Source: Nitrospiraceae bacterium (GTDB lineage Bacteria; Nitrospirota; Nitrospiria; Nitrospirales; UBA2166). From it: a DNA stretch of 64,000 bases. The stretch lies in NCBI GenBank assembly GCA_002726235.1, contig PBSN01000004.1, positions 37,279-101,278 of the forward strand, in the 5' to 3' direction. This document shows, one piece after another, positions 46,366-55,511 of this stretch. The stretch's first letter is position 1. Each line of letters starts with the position of its first letter. The notes under the pieces were generated by a model. The model had not been told where the DNA came from and did no database searches. It saw only the letters and a list, made by a program, of their open reading frames with translations. The translations under genes and the position numbers were made by a program.

Positions 46366-49334
46366 TGACGAGAACGCGTAGCGGTCTTGCCTCGCTTTTT
46401 TCCAGTTCGCATTTGACGTCTTGGGAGGGAAGCTTGACGTGCAGCAGAGGAAATGCCGTGGTTGATGGCAGCTTGAGCTGCAGCCAGACGTGCGACAGGT
46501 ACGCGGTATGGCGAGCAACTGACATAGGCTAGGCCTGCACGGTGGCAAAACTCAACTGAACTTGGATCGCCCCCATGCTCACCGCAGATTCCCAGCTTGA
46601 GATCAGGGCGTGTCGCACGTCCGCGTTCAATGGCAATTTGAATAAGCTCTCCGACGCCTCTTTGGTCAAGTGTGGTAAAGGGATCTCCGGTCAAGATGTT
46701 ATCCAACCGTTCAGTAATTTGGAATCCGCAGGCTCGGCAAAGCATCGTCTTTTGATCGATGTCCATGGCCTGGCATCGTGGGCAGTGATCGTGTATGGTC
46801 ATATAGAAATCGATGATCTTAGCGGCATCGTCGCGTGAAAATCCAAAGGTGGTTTGAGTGAGGTCATTAGTTCCGAACGAGAAGAATTCCGCTTCTTCGG
46901 CAATTTCGCCTGCCATGATAGTTGCACGTGGAAGCTCTATCATGGTTCCAACCTGATAGGGAATGACTCTGTGATACTCGGCCATGACCTGTGAGGCAAC
47001 TTCCTGAATTACCCGTTTTTGAGCCCTCATCTCTCCCCAAATCCCAATCAACGGCACCATGATTTCTGGGAAGATTTTCCCCCCTTCCTTGGTGACTTCG
47101 CATGCGGCCTCGATAATGGCTCTGACCTGCATTCGGGTGATCTCTGGCATCAAAATTCCTAATCGGCATCCGCGTAGGCCAAGCATGGGGTTAAACTCGT
47201 GAAGTTCCTCGACACGTGCGAGAATGCGCTTTGTCTCGGCTAGCCCATCCGAATCCTTGCCGGTCAGCTCTGCTTTCGCAATCTTCACCATCAGGTCTTC
47301 TCGTTTTGGAAGAAACTCGTGGAGGGGGGGGTCAAATAGTCGGATAGTAACAGGGTAGCCATCCATCCTTTTGTAGAGTCCGATAAAGTCTTGTTTTTGT
47401 AAGGGGAGCAGATTGTCGAGATGTTTCATGCGGTCTGCAGCCGTCCTCGCCATAATCATGTCTCGCATGATCTCGACACGGTCTTCGGCAAAAAACATGT
47501 GTTCCGTTCGGCAAAGCCCTATGCCTTGTGCCCCAAAACCTCGTGCCACGACCGCCTGATCTGGAACGTCTGCGTTTGCGCGAACGTCCAACGCACGAAA
47601 CGTATCCGCCCACTGCAGGACCTTCAAAAAGTACTGATATCGCTCAGACTGTTCTGGTTTCAGTGTTCCTTGAATAACTTGAACGACTTCTGATGCCATG
47701 ACGGAAATGTCTCCACAGTACACACTACCGTCGAAACCATTAATCGAAATGAAGTCACCGCGGTTGAGTGTGACCGATCCAATCCGGACCGATGAGTCTC
47801 CGTTGACCTCTACCGCCTCACAGCCAGCGATGCACACTTTTCCCATCTGGCGAGCAACAACTGCGGCATGGGAGGTCATGCCTCCTCGAGCGGTGAGAAA
47901 TCCTGATGACGCGCTCATGCCGTGAATGTCATCTGGGCTGGTCTCCATTCTTACCAGAATTACTCGATCGCCTGCGGCCTTCATGGTAATGGCCTGCTCT
48001 GGGGTAAGTGCTATTTTGCCAGCAGCAGCGCCAGGACCTGCTGGCAATCCTTTCCCTTGCTTGGTGTAACGGGCCTCTGTGCTAGGGTCGAATACGGGAT
48101 ATAAGTATTGCTCAATGTGTTCCGGTTCGACTCGTAGAACAGCTTCCTCTTTGGTAATGAGGCGTTCTTTAACCATGTCAACGGCAATTTTGACAGCGGC
48201 AATGCCGGTGCGCTTACCTATACGGGTTTGAAGCATGTAGAGTTGGCCTTCTTGAACGGTGAATTCGAGGTCAAGCATATCGCGGTAATGCCGTTCGAGT
48301 TTTCGATGGATCTTCGTGAGGGCTTTGTACGCCGCAGGAATAGTAGCCTCAAGCTTCGTAATCGGTTGGGGAGTACGAACGCCAGCGACAACGTCTTCGC
48401 CCTGAGCGTTCGAAAGGAATTCACCGAAGAGCGTTGCTTCTCCAGATGATGGAGAGCGCGTGAAGACTACACCCGTTCCACTATCGTCTCCCATGTTGCC
48501 AAACACCATTGCCATAACATTCACTGCAGTGCCCCATGCGTCCGGAATTTTGTAGATCCGCCTATACGCAATGGCACGATCCCCATTCCAAGACTCAAAA
48601 ACTGCATTTATCCCCATCCGTAATTGATCGATGGGGTCCTGCGGAAAATCGTGGTCTGTGTGTCGGTGTACCAGGACTTTAAATTCGTTGATCAGTTCTC
48701 GAAGTGCGCATGCGTCAAGGTCAATGTCGTGGGTGCATCTCAGCGAGATCTTCTTGGCGCGTAAACATTCCTCAAAGACTTCACGTTTCATGCCCATGAC
48801 AATAGTGCTAAACATGGCAATAAACCGGCGGTATGCGTCGTAACCAAATCGCTCATTATCGGTTTTCTTGATGAGCCCTTGGACGGTTTGGTCATTCAAT
48901 CCCAAATTGAGTACCGTATCCATCATGCCGGGCATCGATGCACGTGCACCCGATCGGACAGAGACCAAGAGGGGGTTGGAAGAATTACCAAATCCTATGT
49001 TAGGGGATACTTTCTGCATGGTCTTTTCTAGGCGTGTCATGTACTTGAGGACAGCGTCCCATAACCCCGGGGGATACTTTCTGCGTCGACGAGTATATTC
49101 AACGCAGGCCGTAGTGCTGATGGTGAAACCTGGCGGAACAGGAATGCCGAGATTGGTCATTTCGGCTAATCCAGCACCTTTGCCTCCCAACAGCTCTTTG
49201 AGCCCACTCTTGCCTTCGGCCTTTCCGTTGCCGAAGAAATATACATATTTCGTAGTTGATTTTGGCGTGACCTTGATCGTCCTTACCGCTCTCTTCGCCG
49301 CTTTCACCGGCGTTTTCGTCTTCTTCAGCGCCAT
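46362..49334 (-). CDS. ppdK: Pyruvate, phosphate dikinase with basic N- and C-terminal tails and an internal zinc-ribbon insertion
   Basis: LLGGKGAGLAEM. Catalytic His region GGMTSHAAVVARQMG. C-terminal FFSFGTNDLTQTTFGFSRDD...GICGEHGGDPSSVEFCH. GGGGGGAG lies 5 nt upstream of the ATG at 49334. Confidence 0.9.
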   Translation of the reverse strand: MALKKTKTPVKAAKRAVRTIKVTPKSTTKYVYFFGNGKAEGKSGLKELLGGKGAGLAEMTNLGIPVPPGFTISTTACVEYTRRRRKYPPGLWDAVLKYMTRLEKTMQKVSPNIGFGNSSNPLLVSVRSGARASMPGMMDTVLNLGLNDQTVQGLIKKTDNERFGYDAYRRFIAMFSTIVMGMKREVFEECLRAKKISLRCTHDIDLDACALRELINEFKVLVHRHTDHDFPQDPIDQLRMGINAVFESWNGDRAIAYRRIYKIPDAWGTAVNVMAMVFGNMGDDSGTGVVFTRSPSSGEATLFGEFLSNAQGEDVVAGVRTPQPITKLEATIPAAYKALTKIHRKLERHYRDMLDLEFTVQEGQLYMLQTRIGKRTGIAAVKIAVDMVKERLITKEEAVLRVEPEHIEQYLYPVFDPSTEARYTKQGKGLPAGPGAAAGKIALTPEQAITMKAAGDRVILVRMETSPDDIHGMSASSGFLTARGGMTSHAAVVARQMGKVCIAGCEAVEVNGDSSVRIGSVTLNRGDFISINGFDGSVYCGDISVMASEVVQVIQGTLKPEQSERYQYFLKVLQWADTFRALDVRANADVPDQAVVARGFGAQGIGLCRTEHMFFAEDRVEIMRDMIMARTAADRMKHLDNLLPLQKQDFIGLYKRMDGYPVTIRLFDPPLHEFLPKREDLMVKIAKAELTGKDSDGLAETKRILARVEELHEFNPMLGLRGCRLGILMPEITRMQVRAIIEAACEVTKEGGKIFPEIMVPLIGIWGEMRAQKRVIQEVASQVMAEYHRVIPYQVGTMIELPRATIMAGEIAEEAEFFSFGTNDLTQTTFGFSRDDAAKIIDFYMTIHDHCPRCQAMDIDQKTMLCRACGFQITERLDNILTGDPFTTLDQRGVGELIQIAIERGRATRPDLKLGICGEHGGDPSSVEFCHRAGLAYVSCSPYRVPVARLAAAQAAINHGISSAARQASLPRRQMRTGKKRGKTATRSRQ

Positions 49335-49348
49335 GTTACTCCCCCCCC

Positions 49349-50293
49349 CTACCACATGGGACCGGTAAATCGCTCACTCACGGTCCTGGCATCGTCTGTC
49401 CATATTTGTTCGCTGAGGTATTTCCAGCCACCATCTGGGAGTATGGTAACGATCACACCATTCTCCATGCACTCGGCAGCTTTAAGCACTCGATAAACAA
49501 CTGCTCCGGACGAGATGCCTCCAAGGATCCCTTCAACCTCGGCGAGTTGTTTCACCATTCGAAACGCATCCTCGTCTTTGACAACTTCGTTCACATCGAT
49601 GCGACTTATATCAAAGATTGGGGGAACATATCCGTCCATCAGGCTTCGCAAGCCTTGCAATCCGCCTTTCGGATACGGTTGGACGGCTGTAATTTTCATG
49701 TTTGGGAATGTTTCTTTTAAGCGCTGTCCTGCCCCCATAAGGGTTCCGCCGGTGCCAAGTCCCGCAACGAAAAGGTCGATAGAGTTCACAGTGCCTTTGA
49801 GATCCTCAAGAATCTCTCCAGCCGTGGTCTCATAATGAGCTAAGACGTTGTTTGGATTTCCGTACTGATCCAGCATGAAATACCGGTCGTCATCTTTCAA
49901 CATCTCTTGCGCCATCCGAATTGCGCCATTGGTCCCTTCGCTACCCGGACTGAGGATCACCTCGGCGTCAAACGCGTACAGGAGTTCTCGTCGTTCGGTA
50001 CTGACGTTATCCGGCATCACAACGCGCAAAGGGTATCCCTTGAGCTTGGCAAACATCCCGAGTGAGATTCCAGTGTTCCCACTTGTAGGCTCAAGGAGAA
50101 TCTTGTCCGACGTAAGTTCACCGGAGGCCTCAGCGCGTTCGATCATGTATTTGACGATACGATCTTTGAGGCTTCCCGTGGGGTTGAAGCCTTCCAGCTT
50201 GACAAAGATCCTGACGGCAGGATTGGGATTGAGTCGACGAAGCTCAATCATTGGGGTGTTTCCGATTACTTCTGTTAAGTCTGAATAAAGCAA
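49349..50293 (-). CDS. Cysteine synthase family PLP enzyme (CysK/CysM type)
   Basis: IGNTPMIEL...KLEGFNPTGSLKDR (PLP lysine)...EPTSGNTGISLG. 314 aa. Abuts the glyS stop. Confidence 0.85.
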   Translation of the reverse strand: MLYSDLTEVIGNTPMIELRRLNPNPAVRIFVKLEGFNPTGSLKDRIVKYMIERAEASGELTSDKILLEPTSGNTGISLGMFAKLKGYPLRVVMPDNVSTERRELLYAFDAEVILSPGSEGTNGAIRMAQEMLKDDDRYFMLDQYGNPNNVLAHYETTAGEILEDLKGTVNSIDLFVAGLGTGGTLMGAGQRLKETFPNMKITAVQPYPKGGLQGLRSLMDGYVPPIFDISRIDVNEVVKDEDAFRMVKQLAEVEGILGGISSGAVVYRVLKAAECMENGVIVTILPDGGWKYLSEQIWTDDARTVSERFTGPMW

Positions 50294-52396
50294 TTATCCC
50301 TCTACCTCAATGACAACTTTGGAAAAATCGGCATATTGGTGAAAGAGTGATTGCAATTGACCGAGCAGTGCGAGTCGATTGTTGCGCACGGCGGGATCTT
50401 CGGCCATAACTAGCACGTCAAGGAAAAAACGATCAATGGGCTCCTTGAATGACCTGAGAAGAGAAAGGGCACGAGTGTGCTCTCCAGACGCTAGGTGCTC
50501 GGCTATTTGGCTACGGCTTTTTTGCAATTTCGCGTACAATGCGCGTTCCGCGCCAGCAGAAAAGAGAGCTTCAGATATGGCGTTGGGAGGGGAATCAGGG
50601 AGAATATTAATCACCCTTTTGAAGGCGCCAACAAGGTCCACAAATGTTGGATCGGACGCGACACGCTGGAGCGCTGTAACACGGTGCATGGCATCAAGGG
50701 GGTCGTCGAATGTGTCGCGCTCAAGTACCGCCCTCACAAGATCGTAGCGATAGCCTTCACTCCCACAGGTCGATTCCATGCGCTGTCGGAGAAAGCCAAG
50801 GATATCAATTAAGACTTTGTCTCGATTGAAATCTAATGTTGGCTGGAATGCATCCAGTGCTCTCTCCACAAGATCGCGCAGGGAAAGAGGTGTGTAGCCA
50901 GCTAGGGCAATTTGCAAAACTCCTTGTGCCTGCCGTCTTAGGCCAAAGGGGTCTTGTGATCCTGTTGGGGCACACCCCACGACAAAGTATCCGGCGATGG
51001 TGTCGATCCGATCAGCGATCGATACGACTGCGCCTGGAAGACTCTTGGGAATCGCATCGCCGGAAAATCGAGGGTAGTAATGTTCGGCAATGGCTCGTGC
51101 AACCGATTCAGGTTCTCCATCGCGTCTGGCGTATTCCCGCCCTATCACGCCTTGCAAGCTTGGAAACTCGCCGACCATACCTGTCACAAGGTCGACTTTG
51201 CAGAGTTGAGCCACCCGTCGACATGTTTGTTCTTCCGACGGATTCCACAATCTTGCGAGATACATGACGAGAGTCTCAATCCGCTCGACTTTCGCATGTA
51301 ATGAGCCAAGGTGCTTCTGGAATGTCACTGTGTGGAGTTTTGGCAGCTTGGCTTCAAGAGAAGTTTTTCCATCCTCTGTAAAGTAGAATTTTGCATCCGC
51401 GAGTCGTGCGGCTAACACCCGCTCATTGCCTCGTTGAATCTCTCCCATGTCCGCGTATTCCACGTTGCACACTGTAATAAAATGGGGCAACAAGGTTTGT
51501 TTTTTTGAAATCATCGCGAAAAACCCCTGATGTTCTTGCATGGCGGTCACGATGACATCATTGGGAAGAGCGAGATAGGAAGGATCAAATTGTGCGGCAA
51601 GCGCATAAGGCCACTCTACCGAAAAGGTCGCTTCCGAAAGGAGCGATTCATCATACTCAAGGGTGCCTCCGTGGTTGCTCGCCGCCGCATTGATTTTGTC
51701 ACGAATCATGTTTCGTCGCCGTTCCTGGTCCAGGATGACGCCATGTTGCTCCAGAGATTTCGCATACGATTCGAAGTCCTTAACTTTTATTCCCTTGAGG
51801 GCTTTCTTTTCCCGATGCGATGACATAAAGCGGTGGCCAAAGGTTGTCGTGCCAGCCTTAATTCCAGCGTAGGCGAATGGTACAGTTCTGCCACCGTACA
51901 ATGCCACAATCCATCGGATTGGACGTGAAAAACGAGTACCACTTGAACTCCACCGCATGGATTTATGGAAAGAGAGGGAATGCATGTAATTATCTAACAG
52001 GGCAGGCAACAAGGAGGAAGTTACACGTCCTTTGTGGCGTTTTACTGCAGCAACATACTCGCCCTTCGGCGTGTGGCGGATGATGAGCGCGCTGACATTC
52101 ACGCCCTGTGCAATGGCAAAGCCTATTGCGGCCTTACTTGGATTGCCGTTCTCGTCGTATGCTGCTTTGCGTGGAGGGCCAAGTGTTTCTTTGCTTGTGG
52201 GCGTTTGCTGAGTGCCTAACTCTGGAACCCAGAGAGTCAAGCGTCTTGGTGTTCCAAATGTGCGAACAGTGTTGCACGCGATACTTTGTTCACGAAAGAG
52301 GGTCATTGCGCCGGTTTTCATCTGCTCAAGAACCGGTTCAATGACTGTGGCGGGAAGTTCCTCTGTTCCGATCTCAAGTAGCAACTCTTTGGTCAT
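50294..52396 (-). CDS. glyS: Glycine--tRNA ligase beta subunit
   Basis: [16 protein letters not shown]..., 700 aa. ATGA overlap with glyQ. Confidence 0.9.
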   Translation of the reverse strand: MTKELLLEIGTEELPATVIEPVLEQMKTGAMTLFREQSIACNTVRTFGTPRRLTLWVPELGTQQTPTSKETLGPPRKAAYDENGNPSKAAIGFAIAQGVNVSALIIRHTPKGEYVAAVKRHKGRVTSSLLPALLDNYMHSLSFHKSMRWSSSGTRFSRPIRWIVALYGGRTVPFAYAGIKAGTTTFGHRFMSSHREKKALKGIKVKDFESYAKSLEQHGVILDQERRRNMIRDKINAAASNHGGTLEYDESLLSEATFSVEWPYALAAQFDPSYLALPNDVIVTAMQEHQGFFAMISKKQTLLPHFITVCNVEYADMGEIQRGNERVLAARLADAKFYFTEDGKTSLEAKLPKLHTVTFQKHLGSLHAKVERIETLVMYLARLWNPSEEQTCRRVAQLCKVDLVTGMVGEFPSLQGVIGREYARRDGEPESVARAIAEHYYPRFSGDAIPKSLPGAVVSIADRIDTIAGYFVVGCAPTGSQDPFGLRRQAQGVLQIALAGYTPLSLRDLVERALDAFQPTLDFNRDKVLIDILGFLRQRMESTCGSEGYRYDLVRAVLERDTFDDPLDAMHRVTALQRVASDPTFVDLVGAFKRVINILPDSPPNAISEALFSAGAERALYAKLQKSRSQIAEHLASGEHTRALSLLRSFKEPIDRFFLDVLVMAEDPAVRNNRLALLGQLQSLFHQYADFSKVVIEVEG

Positions 52397-53310
52397 TGGC
52401 TCTGGGTCGCGGGTACTGAATTTGGCAGTTTATTATCCTTCAAGAGCGGAAAGTTCTTGGCTTCACGGTCTTTCAGGTACCCTGCTGCACACCCTCGGGC
52501 CAATGCACGGACACGAGCGATATATCCCACACGCTCAGTTACGCTGATGGCCCCACGTGCATCCAAAAGGTTAAAGATGTGTGAGGTTTTCATGCACCAG
52601 TCGTAGGCTGGGAGGATTAGACCCTTGGCGAGAAGACGTTGGGATTCGCGTTCGGTGGTGCAAAACCTATCGGTGAGCATTTCAATATCAGCATCATCGA
52701 AATTGTATGTTGAGAATTGTACTTCGGAGTCATGATGGATGTCCCCATATGTGATGCCATCCGACCATACCATGTCGTATACACTGTCGACTTGTTGGAG
52801 ATACATTCCGATGCGCTCAATTCCATACGTAAATTCAACTGGGATCAAGTCAAGCGCAATGCCTCCAACCTCTTGAAAATAGGTAAACTGGGTAATTTCC
52901 ATGCCATCAAGCCGCACTTCCCATCCTAATCCCCATGCTCCGAGGGTTGGCGATTCCCAATCGTCATGAACGAAACGAATATCGTGGTGGCAAGGGTCAA
53001 GACCCAAGCTAGTCAAACTTTTAAGGTAGAGAGTTTGAGCATCATCCGGGCAGGGTTTCAGGATGACTTGGTACTGGTAGTAGTGTTGAAGGCGGTTTGG
53101 GTTCTCCCCGTATCTTCCATCGGCAGGGCGACGGCAGGGTTGCACATACCCCACGTTCCAAGGTTCAGGGCCAAGTGATCTCAGAAATGTCGCAGGATGA
53201 AAGGTTCCGGCACCAACTTCTAGGTCGTAGGGTTGGACGATGATGCAACCGTGATCCGCCCAATAACGATGAAGAGACAAAATGATGTCCTGAAAGGACA
53301 ATTTTGGCAT
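52393..53310 (-). CDS. glyQ: Glycine--tRNA ligase alpha subunit
   Basis: [46 protein letters not shown]...[25 protein letters not shown]. Confidence 0.95.
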   Translation of the reverse strand: MPKLSFQDIILSLHRYWADHGCIIVQPYDLEVGAGTFHPATFLRSLGPEPWNVGYVQPCRRPADGRYGENPNRLQHYYQYQVILKPCPDDAQTLYLKSLTSLGLDPCHHDIRFVHDDWESPTLGAWGLGWEVRLDGMEITQFTYFQEVGGIALDLIPVEFTYGIERIGMYLQQVDSVYDMVWSDGITYGDIHHDSEVQFSTYNFDDADIEMLTDRFCTTERESQRLLAKGLILPAYDWCMKTSHIFNLLDARGAISVTERVGYIARVRALARGCAAGYLKDREAKNFPLLKDNKLPNSVPATQSQ

Positions 53311-53590
53311 AAGACAGCTGTCAACTCGCAGGCAATATCATCGAATGTTACGGTTGCTAAAGGGTGGACGCCATTATAGGTAAACAGCGCAATACAGGCA
53401 AATTTGCCTAATGCATACTGTCTGTTAACGTCCTTCCCTGTGGGGAATCGTTCGAAAATTTCTCGGTTGCAGACTTTCCCTGACAGTTTCTCGAACAAGT
53501 GAGACGGCCCTCAGAATGTGCCATTGGAGCTGACGATTTCCGCGCCACTCAGTGTGAAACAGTTGGTACCTTGCTATGCTTTGCTAGCCA

Positions 53591-53962
53591 TCAGGTGCCA
53601 TGCCAGTCGCGGGCCAACTGTTCTGCTTCAGCAATCTCATGTGGAGACATCGTTTGTGCGAGAGCATCACGGGAATTGACTGCAAGAACTCTTACTTTAT
53701 GGTCGGTCGAAGTTGCGGCGGCAATGTGAAACCATTTGTATGCTTGCACGTCATTTTGTGACACACCCTTCCCGTAGGCGTACGACACGCCAAGCATGTA
53801 TTGGGCTTTCGTATGACCCGCCTCAGCGGCGTTTAGAAATTTCTGAAAGGCCGTTGCAAAGTCCTTATGAGCAAGCGCATCCTTGCCATCTTCAAAATCA
53901 CCTGCCAGCACGGCGCTGGTTACACCGAACAGCAGTAGCAGTGCGAGCAATGTGTGTTTCAT
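53591..53962 (-). CDS. Secreted Sel1-repeat protein (short paralog)
   Basis: Signal peptide MKHTLLALLLLFGVTSAVLA. Sel1-type repeats (AEAGHTKAQYMLGVSYAYGKGVSQNDVQAYKWF). The C-terminus is shared with the neighbouring paralog. Confidence 0.75.
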   Translation of the reverse strand: MKHTLLALLLLFGVTSAVLAGDFEDGKDALAHKDFATAFQKFLNAAEAGHTKAQYMLGVSYAYGKGVSQNDVQAYKWFHIAAATSTDHKVRVLAVNSRDALAQTMSPHEIAEAEQLARDWHGT

Positions 53963-54184
53963 CGCGTCTCCAATGGGTGGAATGATAACAGAATATGCGT
54001 GGGACTTGCTTTGTTCAATGCCATGCAGGAAAGATGATGCATGAAGCTAGCGTGTGTAATACTGGTCATAGCAATTTAGCGATGCAGTCCACATTCTGCG
54101 TGAACGCGATGGTATTCGGCGATAGCGATAGAAGCAACGGTGTACTCATCAGCACGTTGGACGTTAGTTGTTGCAGTCTCGCGT

Positions 54185-54805
54185 CTAGCGGTCTGGTGTC
54201 GTCCGAGTTGTCGGCTTCCATTCTCGAGCTAGCTGTTCTGCGTCAGCGATTTCCTGCGGTGACATTGTTTGGGCAACGGCATCACGGCGTTTGGCTGCTC
54301 GTTTTTTCGTTTTTTCGCTCGTTGCATGAGCCACGGCAAGACTGAACCATCGATGGGCTTGCACGTGATCCTGCGGCACACCCTTCCCATTCTGGTATCG
54401 CAGGGCAAGATAGTATTGCGTTAGCGCGTGGCCGGCCGCGGCGGCTTTTCGATACCAACGCACCGCTTCCTCGTCGTCTTGGGGAATACCCCTTCCATTG
54501 GCGTACATCAGCCCAAGACGGTTTTGGGCTTCGATGTGGCCGCCTACGGCAGCTTTTCGATACCAGCGCACCGCCAGCGCATTATCATGCGCTACGCCTT
54601 CACCCTCCTTCTCATTTTGGTAGATCGTGGCAAGGCGGTATTGGGCCTCCGCATGCCCAGCTTCGGCGGCTCTCGTGTACTTCTCGATAGCAGTCGCGTA
54701 GTCCTGACGATCATACGCATCATTAGCCTCTTGAAACTCGCCTGCCGTTGTGACGCTGGGCACGCCGAACAGCAACATCAGTGCGAACAATATGCGGTAC
54801 ATCAC
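54185..54805 (-). CDS. Secreted Sel1-repeat protein (long paralog)
   Basis: Signal peptide, then four Sel1 repeats (A.RWYRKAA..GH..AQ..LG.MY..G.G.PQD). Confidence 0.8.
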   Translation of the reverse strand: MMYRILFALMLLFGVPSVTTAGEFQEANDAYDRQDYATAIEKYTRAAEAGHAEAQYRLATIYQNEKEGEGVAHDNALAVRWYRKAAVGGHIEAQNRLGLMYANGRGIPQDDEEAVRWYRKAAAAGHALTQYYLALRYQNGKGVPQDHVQAHRWFSLAVAHATSEKTKKRAAKRRDAVAQTMSPQEIADAEQLAREWKPTTRTTPDR

Positions 54806-55161
54806 GCCTCCAATCGGGAGTTGATGTTGATAGAGTGAAGTGCGGGGCTAGGCTTTGTCCAGTGCCATGAAAAAAGCCCACGCACAATATCACCGTAAAT
54901 TCTCATGCTTTGCTTCCCTCTCTAAAATATTCTCCAAACGGAGCGCAACTCCACGCTACGCACTCCGCGTGCATCGTGAGGGGCAAAAAGCTCCACTCAC
55001 ACGTTACAATTTATCACATCGGCACGCCGAGAAGAATGTGGGCTGGTTTACTTTTGCCGTTTGGTTGCGGAGAAGATTCAAATATTATTACGCTACAAGG
55101 GCGATCCAGGATCGACTTGAACAGTTTCTGCCATGCCCGCCCCTCGAAACATCATGACGAA

Positions 55162-55238
55162 TGGCGCGCCCGGAGAGATTCGAACTCCCGACCCCCTGAT
55201 TCGTAGTCAGGTACTCTATCCAGCTGAGCTACGGGCGC
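55162..55238 (-). tRNA. tRNA-Arg (anticodon ACG), CCA encoded
   Basis: The reverse complement reads GCGCCCG-TA-GCTC-AGCTGGATA-GAGT-A-CCTGA-CTACGAA-TCAGG-GGGTC-GGGAG-TTCGAAT-CTCTC-CGGGCGC-G-CCA. This is a full cloverleaf with a 7-bp acceptor stem and the T-loop TTCGAAT. Confidence 0.9.
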
Positions 55239-55511
55239 GCGTGAGGCGAAACAGCGCAATATTGGCGTGGTGACACCGGGATTTATACAGGGACAAAAGA
55301 TGGGGTGTCAATTCAGCACGATGACAGCGTATAGCCTTCGAGGCACGGCAGGGCTGCCGCCTGTGCCCGGGATGCAGCGAGTGGGCAAAGTCATTACAAT
55401 GGAGACTGCACCAGAGAAGTAGACACATGTACGGCAGGCACGGTACGACGATATTTCGCCAGATGCACATGTACAAGGACGCACATCGATCGGACTTAAG
55501 GGAGGGATGAG

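Noticed and set aside
45235-46548. The ORF-track version of ribD, with a 61-aa C/S/P-rich N-terminal extension.
   Set aside because: The extension lies inside the ppdK coding sequence. The ATG at 46365 overlaps the ppdK stop (ATGA) and gives a normal-length RibD.
53396-53409. 14-nt perfect palindrome AGGCAAATTTGCCT about 85 nt upstream of glyQ.
   Set aside because: It is short and isolated, and I saw no second copy. It could be an operator or a weak terminator stem, but this is not supportable from sequence alone.
54806-55511. Flanks of tRNA-Arg examined for a genomic island or integrated element.
   Set aside because: There is no integrase, no phage or IS genes, and I spotted no direct repeat of the tRNA 3' end. 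The ORFs here are short and overlap each other on both strands.
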